DNA of 64,000 bases from an uncultured Planctomycetia bacterium. Lineage in GTDB: Bacteria; Omnitrophota; Gorgyraeia; Tantalellales; Tantalellaceae. Positions 1-8,304 of this stretch are shown one piece after another. Numbering within the stretch: the first letter of the stretch is position 1; each line of letters begins with the position of its first letter. The translations under genes and the position numbers were made by a program. The stretch spans positions 8,538-72,537 of the forward strand of contig CAYQUS010000002.1 of assembly GCA_964421015.1 (NCBI GenBank), read 5' to 3'. Under the pieces are notes generated by a model that saw only the letters and a list, made by a program, of their open reading frames with translations, had not been told where the DNA came from and did no database searches.

Positions 1-357
1 TTCCTCTTCGGTACCCTGATCGTAACTTATCGTGACGGTATCCCCTATGACTAGATCCTTGATATTGTTCTTGTGCTCTACGGTAACATCACCGTCTATC
101 GGAAGCAAAACTTCGTATTCGGCGTGCTTTTCTTCATCCCTGGCGTATACTACGGCGATATACTTATCGTCCATATGACTTATCTCTCCCGTTACTTCCC
201 CTGTCCCGGTCCATGTAACTGCTGCTTTTTCGCCGGTTTTTGCTTTGGTCTTTTCCTCTTTATCATCTTTCGCGGCAAAAGCATAAAAACTAAGGATCAG
301 GGCGGCCGCAACCATGAGTGCGCCCATCAATATCGTCTTTTTATTCAGCATCGTCAT
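1..357 (-). CDS. hypothetical secreted protein, partial (gene runs off window start)
   Basis: Minus-strand ORF not in the track because it is truncated by the window edge. ATG at ~357 is preceded by an AGGAGG SD. N-terminus MTMLNKKTILMGALMVAAALILSFYAFA is signal-peptide-like. The reading frame is open to position 1. Confidence 0.45.
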   Translation of the reverse strand, partial: MTMLNKKTILMGALMVAAALILSFYAFAAKDDKEEKTKAKTGEKAAVTWTGTGEVTGEISHMDDKYIAVVYARDEEKHAEYEVLLPIDGDVTVEHKNNIKDLVIGDTVTISYDQGTEEE

Positions 358-437
358 AATAGACCTCCTGTTTCCTTAGATTCCGCGTATATGTAGCGAT
401 CTCTTCGGATTTCTTCCGCAGAGATCTTTACTCTTTG

Positions 438-866
438 CTACCTGACCGACGACCCAGCAAAACTGTAATTCACCGTCTTGCCTCTGCCGTTATTGACGGA
501 GAGCATTCCGCTCATCATCCCGTCAGGGACGATGTCTCCTCTCCACGAGGCCATTGCCCCGCCTCCCGCGGCCTGAGTCGTTTCCCAGGTAAAGTTCCCA
601 TTTTCTTCCAGCCTTAAGCTGTAGCTTGTAGGCGCAAATCCCTGGTTCATCATGTTCCTGGAAGACACCTGCCCGGAATAGAAACTTACAACATCGGTCT
701 CGTTTTTGCCGCCGTCCAGGGGTCTCATCTCAACAAGCCATTCTGTCCCCTCAAGTTCGGCTCTTTTCTGAGATAGGATTTCGTCTATATCAATTGTTTC
801 CGCTTTGGCAAAGCTTGGGAGTAACAGGGAGAACACAACAAGCGCACAAAGGACAACCTTTTTCAT
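438..866 (-). CDS. secreted protein, stand-alone copy of the ~100 aa W..E/ASW.G domain family (paralog 1)
   Basis: Track ORF 438..1016. The internal Met at 866 begins a signal peptide, MKKVVLCALVVFSLLLPSFAKA. The C-terminal domain (LEGTEWLVEMRP...MASWRGDIVPDGMMSGMLSV) is homologous to the C-termini of CDS 976..2196 and CDS 3562..4263. Confidence 0.6.
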   Translation of the reverse strand: MKKVVLCALVVFSLLLPSFAKAETIDIDEILSQKRAELEGTEWLVEMRPLDGGKNETDVVSFYSGQVSSRNMMNQGFAPTSYSLRLEENGNFTWETTQAAGGGAMASWRGDIVPDGMMSGMLSVNNGRGKTVNYSFAGSSVR

Positions 867-975
867 GGAGGCACCTCTCGTGTTTTTGGAAGCAGCACTT
901 AAAGAAACGCGGAATTTGTCTTCTCCGCCTATTATATACAATTTATTTTTACAGTAATTATACATGACACTTCCC

Positions 976-2196
976 TCACTGTCTAATTTTCGGCTCAATA
1001 AGTTTTCTCCAGACATCTTTACCGGAATAACTTACGCTTACAAAGGAAAAGTCCCTGTTCTCAAGACCCTTCTGCCTGAGAGTAAGAGTTCCCCTCATTT
1101 CTCCGCTATCGGAAACTTCCCCGTACCAGGAAGCCATATCTTCTCCCCTTTTCATCTTTGCCGTGTACACCACTTCTCCTGTATCGTTAACCAGAAGCGA
1201 ATACTCTACCGGGAAAAATCCCCTAAAAACAAGATTATCCGATGAAAAAACCCCGTCGTAGAACTCTATGGTATCCATCTGCACTTTTCCCCCGGTCACC
1301 GGCACCATCCTTATCTGCCACTCGGAACCCTCAAGCCTTTTCATTATGTTCTGCAGCTGCTCGGGCAGGCTGTATTCCACAAAAGCGGGGTTTTTGGGAG
1401 CCTCTTCTCTTGTTCCGGGAGAGAAGATCCTGAAAACCGCATAAACCAGGATCAACCCGGCCACAAAAACAGCTATTTTTACCGGATTTTTCCGTTTCCC
1501 GGGCGCTTTTGGGTCTTTTTCTTCATCCCTCGGAGCCCCGGAAACCTCTTCCATTTCCTTTTTGACCATGTCTTCAAAACCTTTGGATCCGAGCATTCCC
1601 CTTTTCTGTAGCCTCTTGTGCAGGTTCAGGTTCCCGGCAGAGAGCAGTTCTCCGGCAGCCTGTGTGTAACCTTTTCCCGCCAGCAGGTTTTCCACCTCTT
1701 CTTTTTCCTTCTGCATGAGCCCATTGGAGAAATCTAGCCCCCCGGAATACATGGTACAGCTTGTGTAGGGGTATTCCGTGGGACTTGTGACAATCTTGAT
1801 TCTTTTAGGGTTCTGATGGGTATAAACTATCGCGGGGAAAAGATACCCCTCCTTTTCAACAAGGGCGGATCTGTATCTCTGCTTGAAAAGATGCCCTGTC
1901 CTTGAGTGAACACGATTGAAATATTTGGTGTACGATGAGTTTATGTCTCTCATTACTTCCGAAATGGCGGGTGTAGTTTCTTTTTCCTGTCCCGGAAGTT
2001 CAACCAAAAGGTGGAAATGATCCGGAAGCAGCGCATACGCGTACATCCGGAATTTGTACTGCTCTTTGTATTTCGCAAGAATACCCATAAAACTCCTGTG
2101 ATCCTCTTCCGTCACAAATATTCGTCCCCGCTGATTACCCTCGCAGGTTACGTAGTACAGAGCCCCTTCGATCTGTACACGCGGAAGTCTTGGCAT
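976..2196 (-). CDS. IS200/IS605-like Y1 (HuH) transposase, RAYT-like domain, fused to a TM helix and an extracytoplasmic W..E/ASW.G domain (paralog 2)
   Basis: Track ORF 976..2286. I place the start at Met31 (2196, MPRLPRVQIEG...) because an AAGGAAA SD lies 6 nt upstream and a terminator U-tract abuts the 2286 ATG. The N-terminal domain carries the HuH motif (YALLPDHFHLLV), then ...GHLFKQRYRSALVEKEGYLFPAIVYTHQNP, typical of PF01797 RAYT-like proteins. A single TM segment (KIAVFVAGLILVYAVFRIF) precedes a C-terminal domain homologous to the two neighbouring secreted proteins. Confidence 0.6.
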   Translation of the reverse strand: MPRLPRVQIEGALYYVTCEGNQRGRIFVTEEDHRSFMGILAKYKEQYKFRMYAYALLPDHFHLLVELPGQEKETTPAISEVMRDINSSYTKYFNRVHSRTGHLFKQRYRSALVEKEGYLFPAIVYTHQNPKRIKIVTSPTEYPYTSCTMYSGGLDFSNGLMQKEKEEVENLLAGKGYTQAAGELLSAGNLNLHKRLQKRGMLGSKGFEDMVKKEMEEVSGAPRDEEKDPKAPGKRKNPVKIAVFVAGLILVYAVFRIFSPGTREEAPKNPAFVEYSLPEQLQNIMKRLEGSEWQIRMVPVTGGKVQMDTIEFYDGVFSSDNLVFRGFFPVEYSLLVNDTGEVVYTAKMKRGEDMASWYGEVSDSGEMRGTLTLRQKGLENRDFSFVSVSYSGKDVWRKLIEPKIRQ

Positions 2197-2286
2197 CTTA
2201 GTTTCCTTTTCGTTAAATTTCTGCCTTTTTTTGCCATTAATGCCTGGCACTTTTCTTTGGTGCCTGGCACTTTTTGCTTTGGACAT

Positions 2287-2315
2287 AAAAAAAACCCAGG
2301 CTACTTACTCCTGGG
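2287..2315 (-). terminator. Rho-independent terminator (hairpin CCCAGG-loop-CCTGGG followed by a U8 tract on the minus strand)
   Basis: Plus strand reads aaaaaaaa cccagg ctacttactc cctggg. On the minus strand this is a GC stem followed by TTTTTTTT, immediately before the transposase-fusion gene. Confidence 0.5.
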
Positions 2316-2635
2316 CTTAATAAAAATCATCGAGTCCTTCGGTAACCTGCCGATCCTTTACTCTATTTCAAGGACGCACGGTTTTGCGCACCCGCCAATG
2401 CGGGATTGCCTTTTTCGGAACTTCGCGCAGTATTTTTCTACTTTAAGTATGCCACATAGGGTGGCGCTTTTCAAGTGAACCAAAGTAAAGCTGGCTTTCC
2501 CCAAGCCTATACCCTCCTCTCTTGGCTCTAAAACCCTTAAAAACAAAGAACTTTTAAAAAAATCCATTTTTTTTGAAAAAAATTTAAGGGAATAAAAAAT
2601 TTAAGAAAATTGTGTTCTCACAGATACATAGAAAA

Positions 2636-3170
2636 GCGAAGGTTCAGGTTGAGGTCAAGGTGCCTGGCAGTGAGACTGGTGTTTCATAGATTTGGCTATA
2701 GGTAAACTTAAGTACGCGAGACAGTATTTTTAAAATCCTGTCTCGCGGCCAAATCGATGAAACACCATAGTCGAACTGTCCCCGAGATAGTGAAGCTGCG
2801 GTTTCATGAGCAAAGAGAAATGAAACCGCACAGCTGAACTGCAGCGAAGGGGCACCAACGTGTCTTGGAGTAAAGGAGAAAGTAGTAAGGAGAAAAATAT
2901 CAGATCAAGGTTGAGGTTCAGGTTTAGGTTGAATTTGCCGGCAGATGCCGATGTTCCCGGAAGGGCGTTGGTCGACCGAGCGGGCACGGATCCCGAGGGC
3001 AGTGAGGCTGGTGTTTCATGATGGAATGAAACACCATGGCCGAACTGTCCCGAGGGAGAGCGAGGGAGAGCATCGAGCGAGATTTCCACGCCGGGGAAAT
3101 CGAGCGTCCCTGAAGGGAATATTGGCATCTGCCGGCAGATGCCGATGTTCCCGGAAGGGCGTTGACAGGC
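2636..3170. repeat. mosaic of nested palindromes and direct repeats (BIME-like cluster)
   Basis: Contains the perfect 10-bp stem ggtgtttcat/atgaaacacc (~3010-3040), a second copy split by a 75 nt insert (~2672-2770), and the hairpin tgcggtttcat/atgaaaccgca (~2795-2835). A 33 nt direct repeat, ccggcagatgccgatgttcccggaagggcgttg, occurs at 2938-2970 and again at 3132-3164. Long-arm REP motifs aggttcaggttgaggtcaaggtg occur at 2640 and 2906. Confidence 0.6.
3076..3135. repeat. repeat family B (gatttccacgccggggaaatcgagcgtccctgaagggaat)
   Basis: A near-identical copy occurs in inverse orientation at 12030..12100. Both contain the palindrome tccctgaaggga. The track ORFs over these copies are repeat-derived. 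Confidence 0.55.
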
Positions 3171-3177
3171 CGAGGGT

Positions 3178-3335
3178 ACGCGCAAGACCGCGGAGAGAGT
3201 GTGTTCGAGACTGGAATAATTCGCCGCCCGAAAGGGATAAAAATAAGGACACCCCCCTGAAGAGTCTGCTCCTGAAATATTAAATTAACAGGCGGATTAT
3301 GAAGAGCGCAGAATACACTCTCTTCGCGGAGAGCG
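3178..3335 (+). repeat. conserved ~150 nt element, copy 1, closed by a ~16-18 bp terminal stem; candidate structured RNA or MITE
   Basis: About 93% identical to copy 2 at 4546..4695. The 5' end cgcggagagagtgtg pairs with the 3' end cacactctcttcgcg. Confidence 0.5.
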
Positions 3336-3432
3336 GGTATCAAGATGCAAAATAAAAGCGGGAACACGCATCAAATTTACGCGTCCCCGCTTTTCTCTCA
3401 ACCTCAACCTTCTATTTTCCTCTTGCTCCTTA

Positions 3433-3485
3433 AAACCACATTGGTGACAGGCACTTCAACTCGGGGAAATACACTCCGTGCCAGT
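3433..3485. repeat. REP-like palindromic unit (ggtgacaggcac-loop-gtgccagtcacctcaacc)
   Basis: The same unit recurs at 6398..6450, 6456..6520 and, inverted, at 13281..13338. Confidence 0.6.
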
Positions 3486-3561
3486 CACCTCAACCTTTTT
3501 CTTACTCCTTACTCCTTACTACTTGCTACTTTCTACTTCCCTTCCCCTTCCCTCTTATTCC

Positions 3562-4263
3562 TTACATCCAGCTTCTCTTTGCCTTCTTTTCCGGTTTTTC
3601 AGCCTTGACCGGAACAACTTCAACAGCCTCTTCCTCAATAAGCTCCTCTCCGGAGGGGGTCTCGACAACTTCCTCTACGACCTCTTCCACTACAAGAGCT
3701 TCTCCGGCAGGGGTCTCAACAACCGCGGCCTCTTCTACTACAACTTCTTCCACTACCGCGCCTTTGCCTCTGCTCGCGAAGGTGTAGTTTTTAACTGTGC
3801 CCGCTTTGTCGTTCTTGTGTATGCTTAATACCCCGGTCATCGTTTCACTAAGGACGCCCGTTTCGGGATCTCTTCTCATGTCGCCTCTCCAGAAAGCCTG
3901 CTGGCCGTCTTCTGTGACCTGCATGGTCTCCCATGTAGCGCTGTTCTCTCTCCTTATCCTCAAGGTCAGGTTCGACGCCCCAAAACCCTGCTCCATCAGC
4001 ATCGCCGATTCCACCCTGCCCATATTCGTGAACTTTATAGTGTCGTCCACAACCTCTTTTTTGGCGTTATCCGTGCTTTCTGTTAGGGTTATTTCCCAGA
4101 GCGTGTCATTTATCTGCTTTTTGGCCGCTTCCACCATGAGAGCCCTCTTAACCGCCTCCTCCTCCGTTTCCTGAGCCATTAAGATGCTGGCCGAAAAACA
4201 AAACAAGGCCGAAGCCATTACAACTTTCACTACCTTCATCGCTTCTCTAGAGAACATGTCCAT
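3562..4263 (-). CDS. secreted protein, stand-alone copy of the W..E/ASW.G domain family (paralog 3) with an acidic tandem-repeat C-terminal tail
   Basis: Signal peptide MKVVKVVMASALFCFSASILMA (the start may be Met9 at ~4239). The domain NDTLWEITLTES...AFWRGDMRRDPETGVLSETMTGVLSI is homologous to the other two family members. The C-terminus is a low-complexity VVEEVVEEVVETP(A/S)GE repeat, encoded by a ~60 nt tandem repeat at ~3600-3760. Confidence 0.6.
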   Translation of the reverse strand: MDMFSREAMKVVKVVMASALFCFSASILMAQETEEEAVKRALMVEAAKKQINDTLWEITLTESTDNAKKEVVDDTIKFTNMGRVESAMLMEQGFGASNLTLRIRRENSATWETMQVTEDGQQAFWRGDMRRDPETGVLSETMTGVLSIHKNDKAGTVKNYTFASRGKGAVVEEVVVEEAAVVETPAGEALVVEEVVEEVVETPSGEELIEEEAVEVVPVKAEKPEKKAKRSWM

Positions 4264-4545
4264 ACCCCCTTTTTTATGATAAATCCCTTTTAAAAACCTT
4301 CCCTATTTACCTAAGTTCCTTTATTTTAGGTATTAATTATCCCATATTTTAAACTGTTTTGCAACAATGCCAGGTTATTGCGCTAATACGCTCCACCTTC
4401 CCGCACGATACCCTATCCGCGCCTCACTCAACCTTAACCCTTACTCCTTCCCTCTTTCTTCCTGCTCCACCCATATTCGACATATCCCGCTCGGAAAAAG
4501 TTCCATAAAAACACATTGGTGCCCCCTCAGCACATCGGTCTTGGA

Positions 4546-4695
4546 AAACCGCGGGGAGAGTGTGTCGAGACTGGAATAATTCGCCGCCCGAAAGGGATAA
4601 AATTAAGGACACTCCCCTGAAGAGTCTGCTCCTGAAGTATTACATTAACAGGCGGATTGTGAAGAGCGCAGAATACACTCTCTCCGCGGAAAGCG
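4546..4695 (+). repeat. conserved ~150 nt element, copy 2
   Basis: See copy 1. The terminal stem is cgcggggagagtgtg/cacactctctccgcg. Relative to copy 1 there is an a-to-g change on the 5' arm and a t-to-c change on the 3' arm. This is a compensatory A-U to G-C pair change. Confidence 0.5.
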
Positions 4696-4782
4696 ACCGT
4701 TCTAGATTCTTCGCCTTCGGCTCAGAATGACAATATTTATTCCTTCCGAACTTCCTACTTTACGCCTCTCTACGCTCTCAAT

Positions 4783-6375
4783 CTATTCCGCGACTACCGC
4801 CGCTTCAACTATCAGCACATCTTCCTTGGGCTTGTCGGAACTATCTGTCTCTACGATACTTATAGCATTAACAACGTCCATACCCCATATAACTTTTCCG
4901 AAAACGGTGTGCCTTCCGTAAAGATGTTTGGCCGGAGCTACGGTTATGAAAAACTGGCTTTTATTGGAATCCGGTCCGGAATTCGCCATGGCGAGTACCC
5001 CGGGTTCGTCGAAATTCAGACCTTCCTTTATTTCATCCACAAAAGGGCTCTCCCCCCAGAAAGATTCTCCCCCCGCTCCGGTGCCGCTGGGATCTCCCGC
5101 CTGAACCATAAAATCCTTTATTACTCTATGGAACTTTATGCCGTTATAGTATCCCTTCTCCACAAGACCGATAAAATTCTCGGCGGCCAGAGGCGCCGAT
5201 TCCGGGAAAAGCCTCAGAGCTACGTCCCCTTTAGAGGTTTTAAGGACTATAAGCGACTTTTTCTTCATACTTTCCACCTTTTCCTGCTGTCTCTTTTCCT
5301 CGACATAATCACGGAAACTGGCTCTAGAGAGAAGGTCATCGAAATATTCCTTAACGATTTTCTGTTTTTTGCCTCTTGTGAGCATTTCGCGGTAATATTC
5401 TTTTTTCTGGTCGTCATACTGCGCCATGTCGGCCCGGCGCGTATTAAGAAGCCTGACAACAACGGGGCCGTAATAGTTGTGGGCCGCCATAAAGGTTCCT
5501 GGTTCGCTCTCGACTATAGTGTACGCCTCGTCTTTTGGTATTTTCCACAGGTCGATAAGGGCCTCGAGCGTCATGCTGTTTATCCACGAAGCCCCTTTCT
5601 GCCCCAGGTCTTTCTTCGCCTCATAAGTGTCCCACCAGAGGCGCGGGTTATCACGCACTTTATCCTGAAACTCCCTCGCGGCCTCGTCAGTCGCAAAAAG
5701 TATGTACTCGCTCTCGAAAGAATTGTACTGGTTGAGGAATTTCTGCAGCATCTCGTCTTCCGTGACTACGACCTCGGGATTGGCCTTTATGCTGAGGAAC
5801 TTATTGACCGTAAGAAGGTCCTTTATCCGCCCCTCAAAAACTTCCGCGCTTTCGTTGAAAGTTTTCGGCACCCATTCCTTGTACTCGGCTGAACCGTACT
5901 CCAACCCCTGTTCTTTAACAAGCCTCTTAAGCTCCGTCTCCAGTTCTTCGCGGGTTATCTCTATTCCTATAGCCTTGGCCTCTATCCCGTATATAAGGTT
6001 CTGCCATGCCTCTATTCTTCTGGCATCCTCTCTGAGCTGCTCATTAAGCCCCTCCACTTCTTTTGCCATTCTTGTGAACATCGAAGCAGTTTTATACTGG
6101 TAAAGAAATTCCTGCGGTGTGACCGGGCGGTGAAAAACCTCTCCCACGGCCCCGGGCATCATGGGGCCCGGCGTTACCTTGGCCTCATCTTTAGGTTCGT
6201 CTGATCCCTCCTCGGCGGAACTTGTTTTTTCCTGGGCCTTTGATGCCTCTGCCGATTTTTGTTCGGCGGTAACTTCCTTAGTTTCCTGGGATACCTTAGA
6301 AGCCTCACGGGCGCATCCGTACGGCGCGCATGTTATCATCATTACGGCCAAGAGATATCCTAAAAATTTTTTCAT
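4783..6375 (-). CDS. periplasmic peptidyl-prolyl cis-trans isomerase, cyclophilin type, with an N-terminal SurA/PpiD-like chaperone region
   Basis: The C-terminal ~170 aa is a cyclophilin domain (FHRVIKDFMVQAGDP...GESFWG...QFFIT...HTVFGKV). The N-terminus has a signal or lipoprotein peptide. Confidence 0.8.
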   Translation of the reverse strand: MKKFLGYLLAVMMITCAPYGCAREASKVSQETKEVTAEQKSAEASKAQEKTSSAEEGSDEPKDEAKVTPGPMMPGAVGEVFHRPVTPQEFLYQYKTASMFTRMAKEVEGLNEQLREDARRIEAWQNLIYGIEAKAIGIEITREELETELKRLVKEQGLEYGSAEYKEWVPKTFNESAEVFEGRIKDLLTVNKFLSIKANPEVVVTEDEMLQKFLNQYNSFESEYILFATDEAAREFQDKVRDNPRLWWDTYEAKKDLGQKGASWINSMTLEALIDLWKIPKDEAYTIVESEPGTFMAAHNYYGPVVVRLLNTRRADMAQYDDQKKEYYREMLTRGKKQKIVKEYFDDLLSRASFRDYVEEKRQQEKVESMKKKSLIVLKTSKGDVALRLFPESAPLAAENFIGLVEKGYYNGIKFHRVIKDFMVQAGDPSGTGAGGESFWGESPFVDEIKEGLNFDEPGVLAMANSGPDSNKSQFFITVAPAKHLYGRHTVFGKVIWGMDVVNAISIVETDSSDKPKEDVLIVEAAVVAE

Positions 6376-6397
6376 TTCACCCTCCTAAAGACACATT

Positions 6398-6520
6398 GGT
6401 GACAGGCACTTCAATTCGGGAAATACGATCTGTGCCAGTCACCTAAACCTGCATCGATGACAGGCACTTCAACTCGGGAAATACGATCTGTGCCAGTCAC
6501 CTCGACCTTAACCTGAACCT
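6398..6520. repeat. two tandem REP-like palindromic units
   Basis: gacaggcacttcaaytcgggaaatacgatctgtgccagtcacct occurs twice. The second copy continues into the long arm cacctcgaccttaacctgaacct. Confidence 0.6.
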
Positions 6521-6534
6521 GCGGTCTTGCTACC

Positions 6535-7056
6535 TCATTCCGGAGACTTGATCTCGAACACCACGGGCTCTGCGGCTATGGGCCCTTTGACCGTATCCAG
6601 CCCTATCTCTTCGCCATACATGTTCTCATAAACCGCTTTTACCGTGTACTTTCCGGGTTTTTCTATATCAAAATACCCCTTGAGATTGCGGGGTCTCTCG
6701 GTTTTTGCGCTCTCGCCTTTTTCAAGCTTTTTGAAATTCCCGGTCCTTGGAAGCCCCGGGGTGTATGTGAATTTACAGGGCAGACTCTCCCCTTCCGGGG
6801 ATATAAGCTCGACGGTCACATCCCTGTCCCTGGCCTGGGAATCTTTCCCCATCGCGTAAAAGCGCTGATTGACATAAACAGCTTCCTCTCCATTATTTTC
6901 AAGAACGAAATCTATGTTCACGGCGTCACCCGTGGCATACTCCGCTTTATCAAGTTCTGCGGTGAATCTTACATCAGAGGAGCCGGCGGCCGCGCAGGAA
7001 TAAGTCAAACCCGACGCCGCGACAAGAACGGCAGCCATCATTCTGAATTTTGCCAT
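6535..7056 (-). CDS. hypothetical secreted protein or lipoprotein
   Basis: Signal peptide MAKFRMMAAVLVAASGLTYSC. No family recognised. Confidence 0.5.
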   Translation of the reverse strand: MAKFRMMAAVLVAASGLTYSCAAAGSSDVRFTAELDKAEYATGDAVNIDFVLENNGEEAVYVNQRFYAMGKDSQARDRDVTVELISPEGESLPCKFTYTPGLPRTGNFKKLEKGESAKTERPRNLKGYFDIEKPGKYTVKAVYENMYGEEIGLDTVKGPIAAEPVVFEIKSPE

Positions 7057-7107
7057 TTATCTACCTCCCTTTTTTCAGGGTTCCTTACAAAATATTTTTA
7101 CCGGTTT

Positions 7108-8280
7108 TCAGCGCATGGGAGAAGTACCCTCAAAGGCTTCCCATGTGAGGACGTACCTTTTAACCCAGTCGATATCGGGGTCGTCGCCTTTTGAGAGCCT
7201 TAGAAAATCCCTGAAATGCTCCAGGGCTTTCTTACGGTCAACAACGTGTTCCGCGTATATGTAACCAAGGTTAAAATGCGCGTATGGCTCGTCTGGAGCC
7301 ACTTCCAGGGCCTTTTCGAACTCCACGGCCGCCCTCTTATACTCTTTGTTCTTGGTGTAGAACACTCCCAGGTTATAATGCGTTTTTGCCGTCTGCTTTA
7401 TGAGTTTCGCGTTCTCTTTGGCCAGTTCCGAGAACTTCTTGGGCAGGTCCCTCATTTCCCTCTCCATTTCCCGGTTGGTCTTGACGGCATGTTCGTATTT
7501 TTTCTTGTACCCGGTTATCTCGTGGGAAAGTTTATTTTTATCGGTTTCTATCTTCTCTTTTTCTTTAGCTGTCTTTTCTAAAAGCCCCTGCAGTTTTTTC
7601 ACTTCACCCTCGAGAGCTCTTTTCTCCTGTTTAAGCTGGGATGTCTCGTTCTTGAGGTCCTTTAAAGCTCCTTCGGAAGTGGCTCTTTCATAAGAATCCA
7701 GCGCCTCATCCCTTTCCCTGGCGATATTAGAAGCCTGTGATTCCAGGTCCCTTATAACTCCCGCCAGAGACTCGTTTTTATCCGTAAGCTCCGCTTTCTC
7801 AGCCTCAAGAGCCTCTATCCTCTGTTGGGCCTCTTCCATAACCTCCAGAACCTCGGTGGCTTTATTTCTCTCGTTCAAAAGTATCTTCACCTGGGCGAGA
7901 ATATTATCCCTGTCTCTGCGCAGCGCCGAGTTCTCGATGCGAAGGTCGTCTATGCCCATAGCCATACCTTCGGGCCCCACCTCGCTTAACTGATCTATCC
8001 TTGCAAGGAGACTTTCTTTTTCTTTCTGCAAAAGGTCGTTCTGTTTTTTAAGAGCCTGGTTTTCCTGGCTGAAGTCCTTCTGCGGTTCGGACTTCTCAGG
8101 ACGGGCTTTTACCTGCTCGAGAAGGCTTTCCCTTTCCTCCACTATCTTCTCGTTCCTCCGCAGAAGGTCCTCGTTCTCCCGTTTAAGCTTGGAGACATCG
8201 TAAAAAACATAAGTCCCTCCTGCCGCCAGGGCGAAAAGCGACGCCGACAAGAAACTTATGATTATGCTTGTAGTTTTCAT
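7108..8280 (-). CDS. membrane-anchored coiled-coil protein with C-terminal TPR repeats
   Basis: N-terminal TM anchor. A long heptad-rich E/K/L region follows. The C-terminus holds TPR-like repeats (YNLGVFYTKNKEYKRAAVEFEKALEVAPDEPYAHFNLGYIY). Confidence 0.6.
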   Translation of the reverse strand: MKTTSIIISFLSASLFALAAGGTYVFYDVSKLKRENEDLLRRNEKIVEERESLLEQVKARPEKSEPQKDFSQENQALKKQNDLLQKEKESLLARIDQLSEVGPEGMAMGIDDLRIENSALRRDRDNILAQVKILLNERNKATEVLEVMEEAQQRIEALEAEKAELTDKNESLAGVIRDLESQASNIARERDEALDSYERATSEGALKDLKNETSQLKQEKRALEGEVKKLQGLLEKTAKEKEKIETDKNKLSHEITGYKKKYEHAVKTNREMEREMRDLPKKFSELAKENAKLIKQTAKTHYNLGVFYTKNKEYKRAAVEFEKALEVAPDEPYAHFNLGYIYAEHVVDRKKALEHFRDFLRLSKGDDPDIDWVKRYVLTWEAFEGTSPMR

Positions 8281-8304
8281 TTTTGCCTTCGGGTATTACC
8301 CGCC

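Noticed and set aside
73-396. Plus-strand ORF 73..396
   Set aside because: It is antisense to a better minus-strand gene that has a signal peptide and an SD (1..357). Its composition is Cys/Phe-rich and implausible.
2196-2286. Transposase-fusion start at the first ATG (2286)
   Set aside because: The ATG directly abuts a terminator U-tract and has no SD. Met31 at 2196 has an AAGGAAA SD and begins the conserved MPRLPRV N-terminus of the Y1 family.
2730-3367. Track ORFs 2730..3185, 2924..3367, 2945..3283 and 3016..3252, plus 4424..4612 and 11991..12188
   Set aside because: They lie entirely within the hairpin and repeat elements. Their shared peptides (MSLFLSLSGGELFQSR, FPSGTLD.P.VEI) are explained by nucleotide repeats. 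They have no SD and low-complexity composition.
3178-4695. Possibility that the two ~150 nt copies are DGR template and variable repeats
   Set aside because: There is no reverse transcriptase nearby. Both copies are intergenic, and the differences are not adenine-specific.
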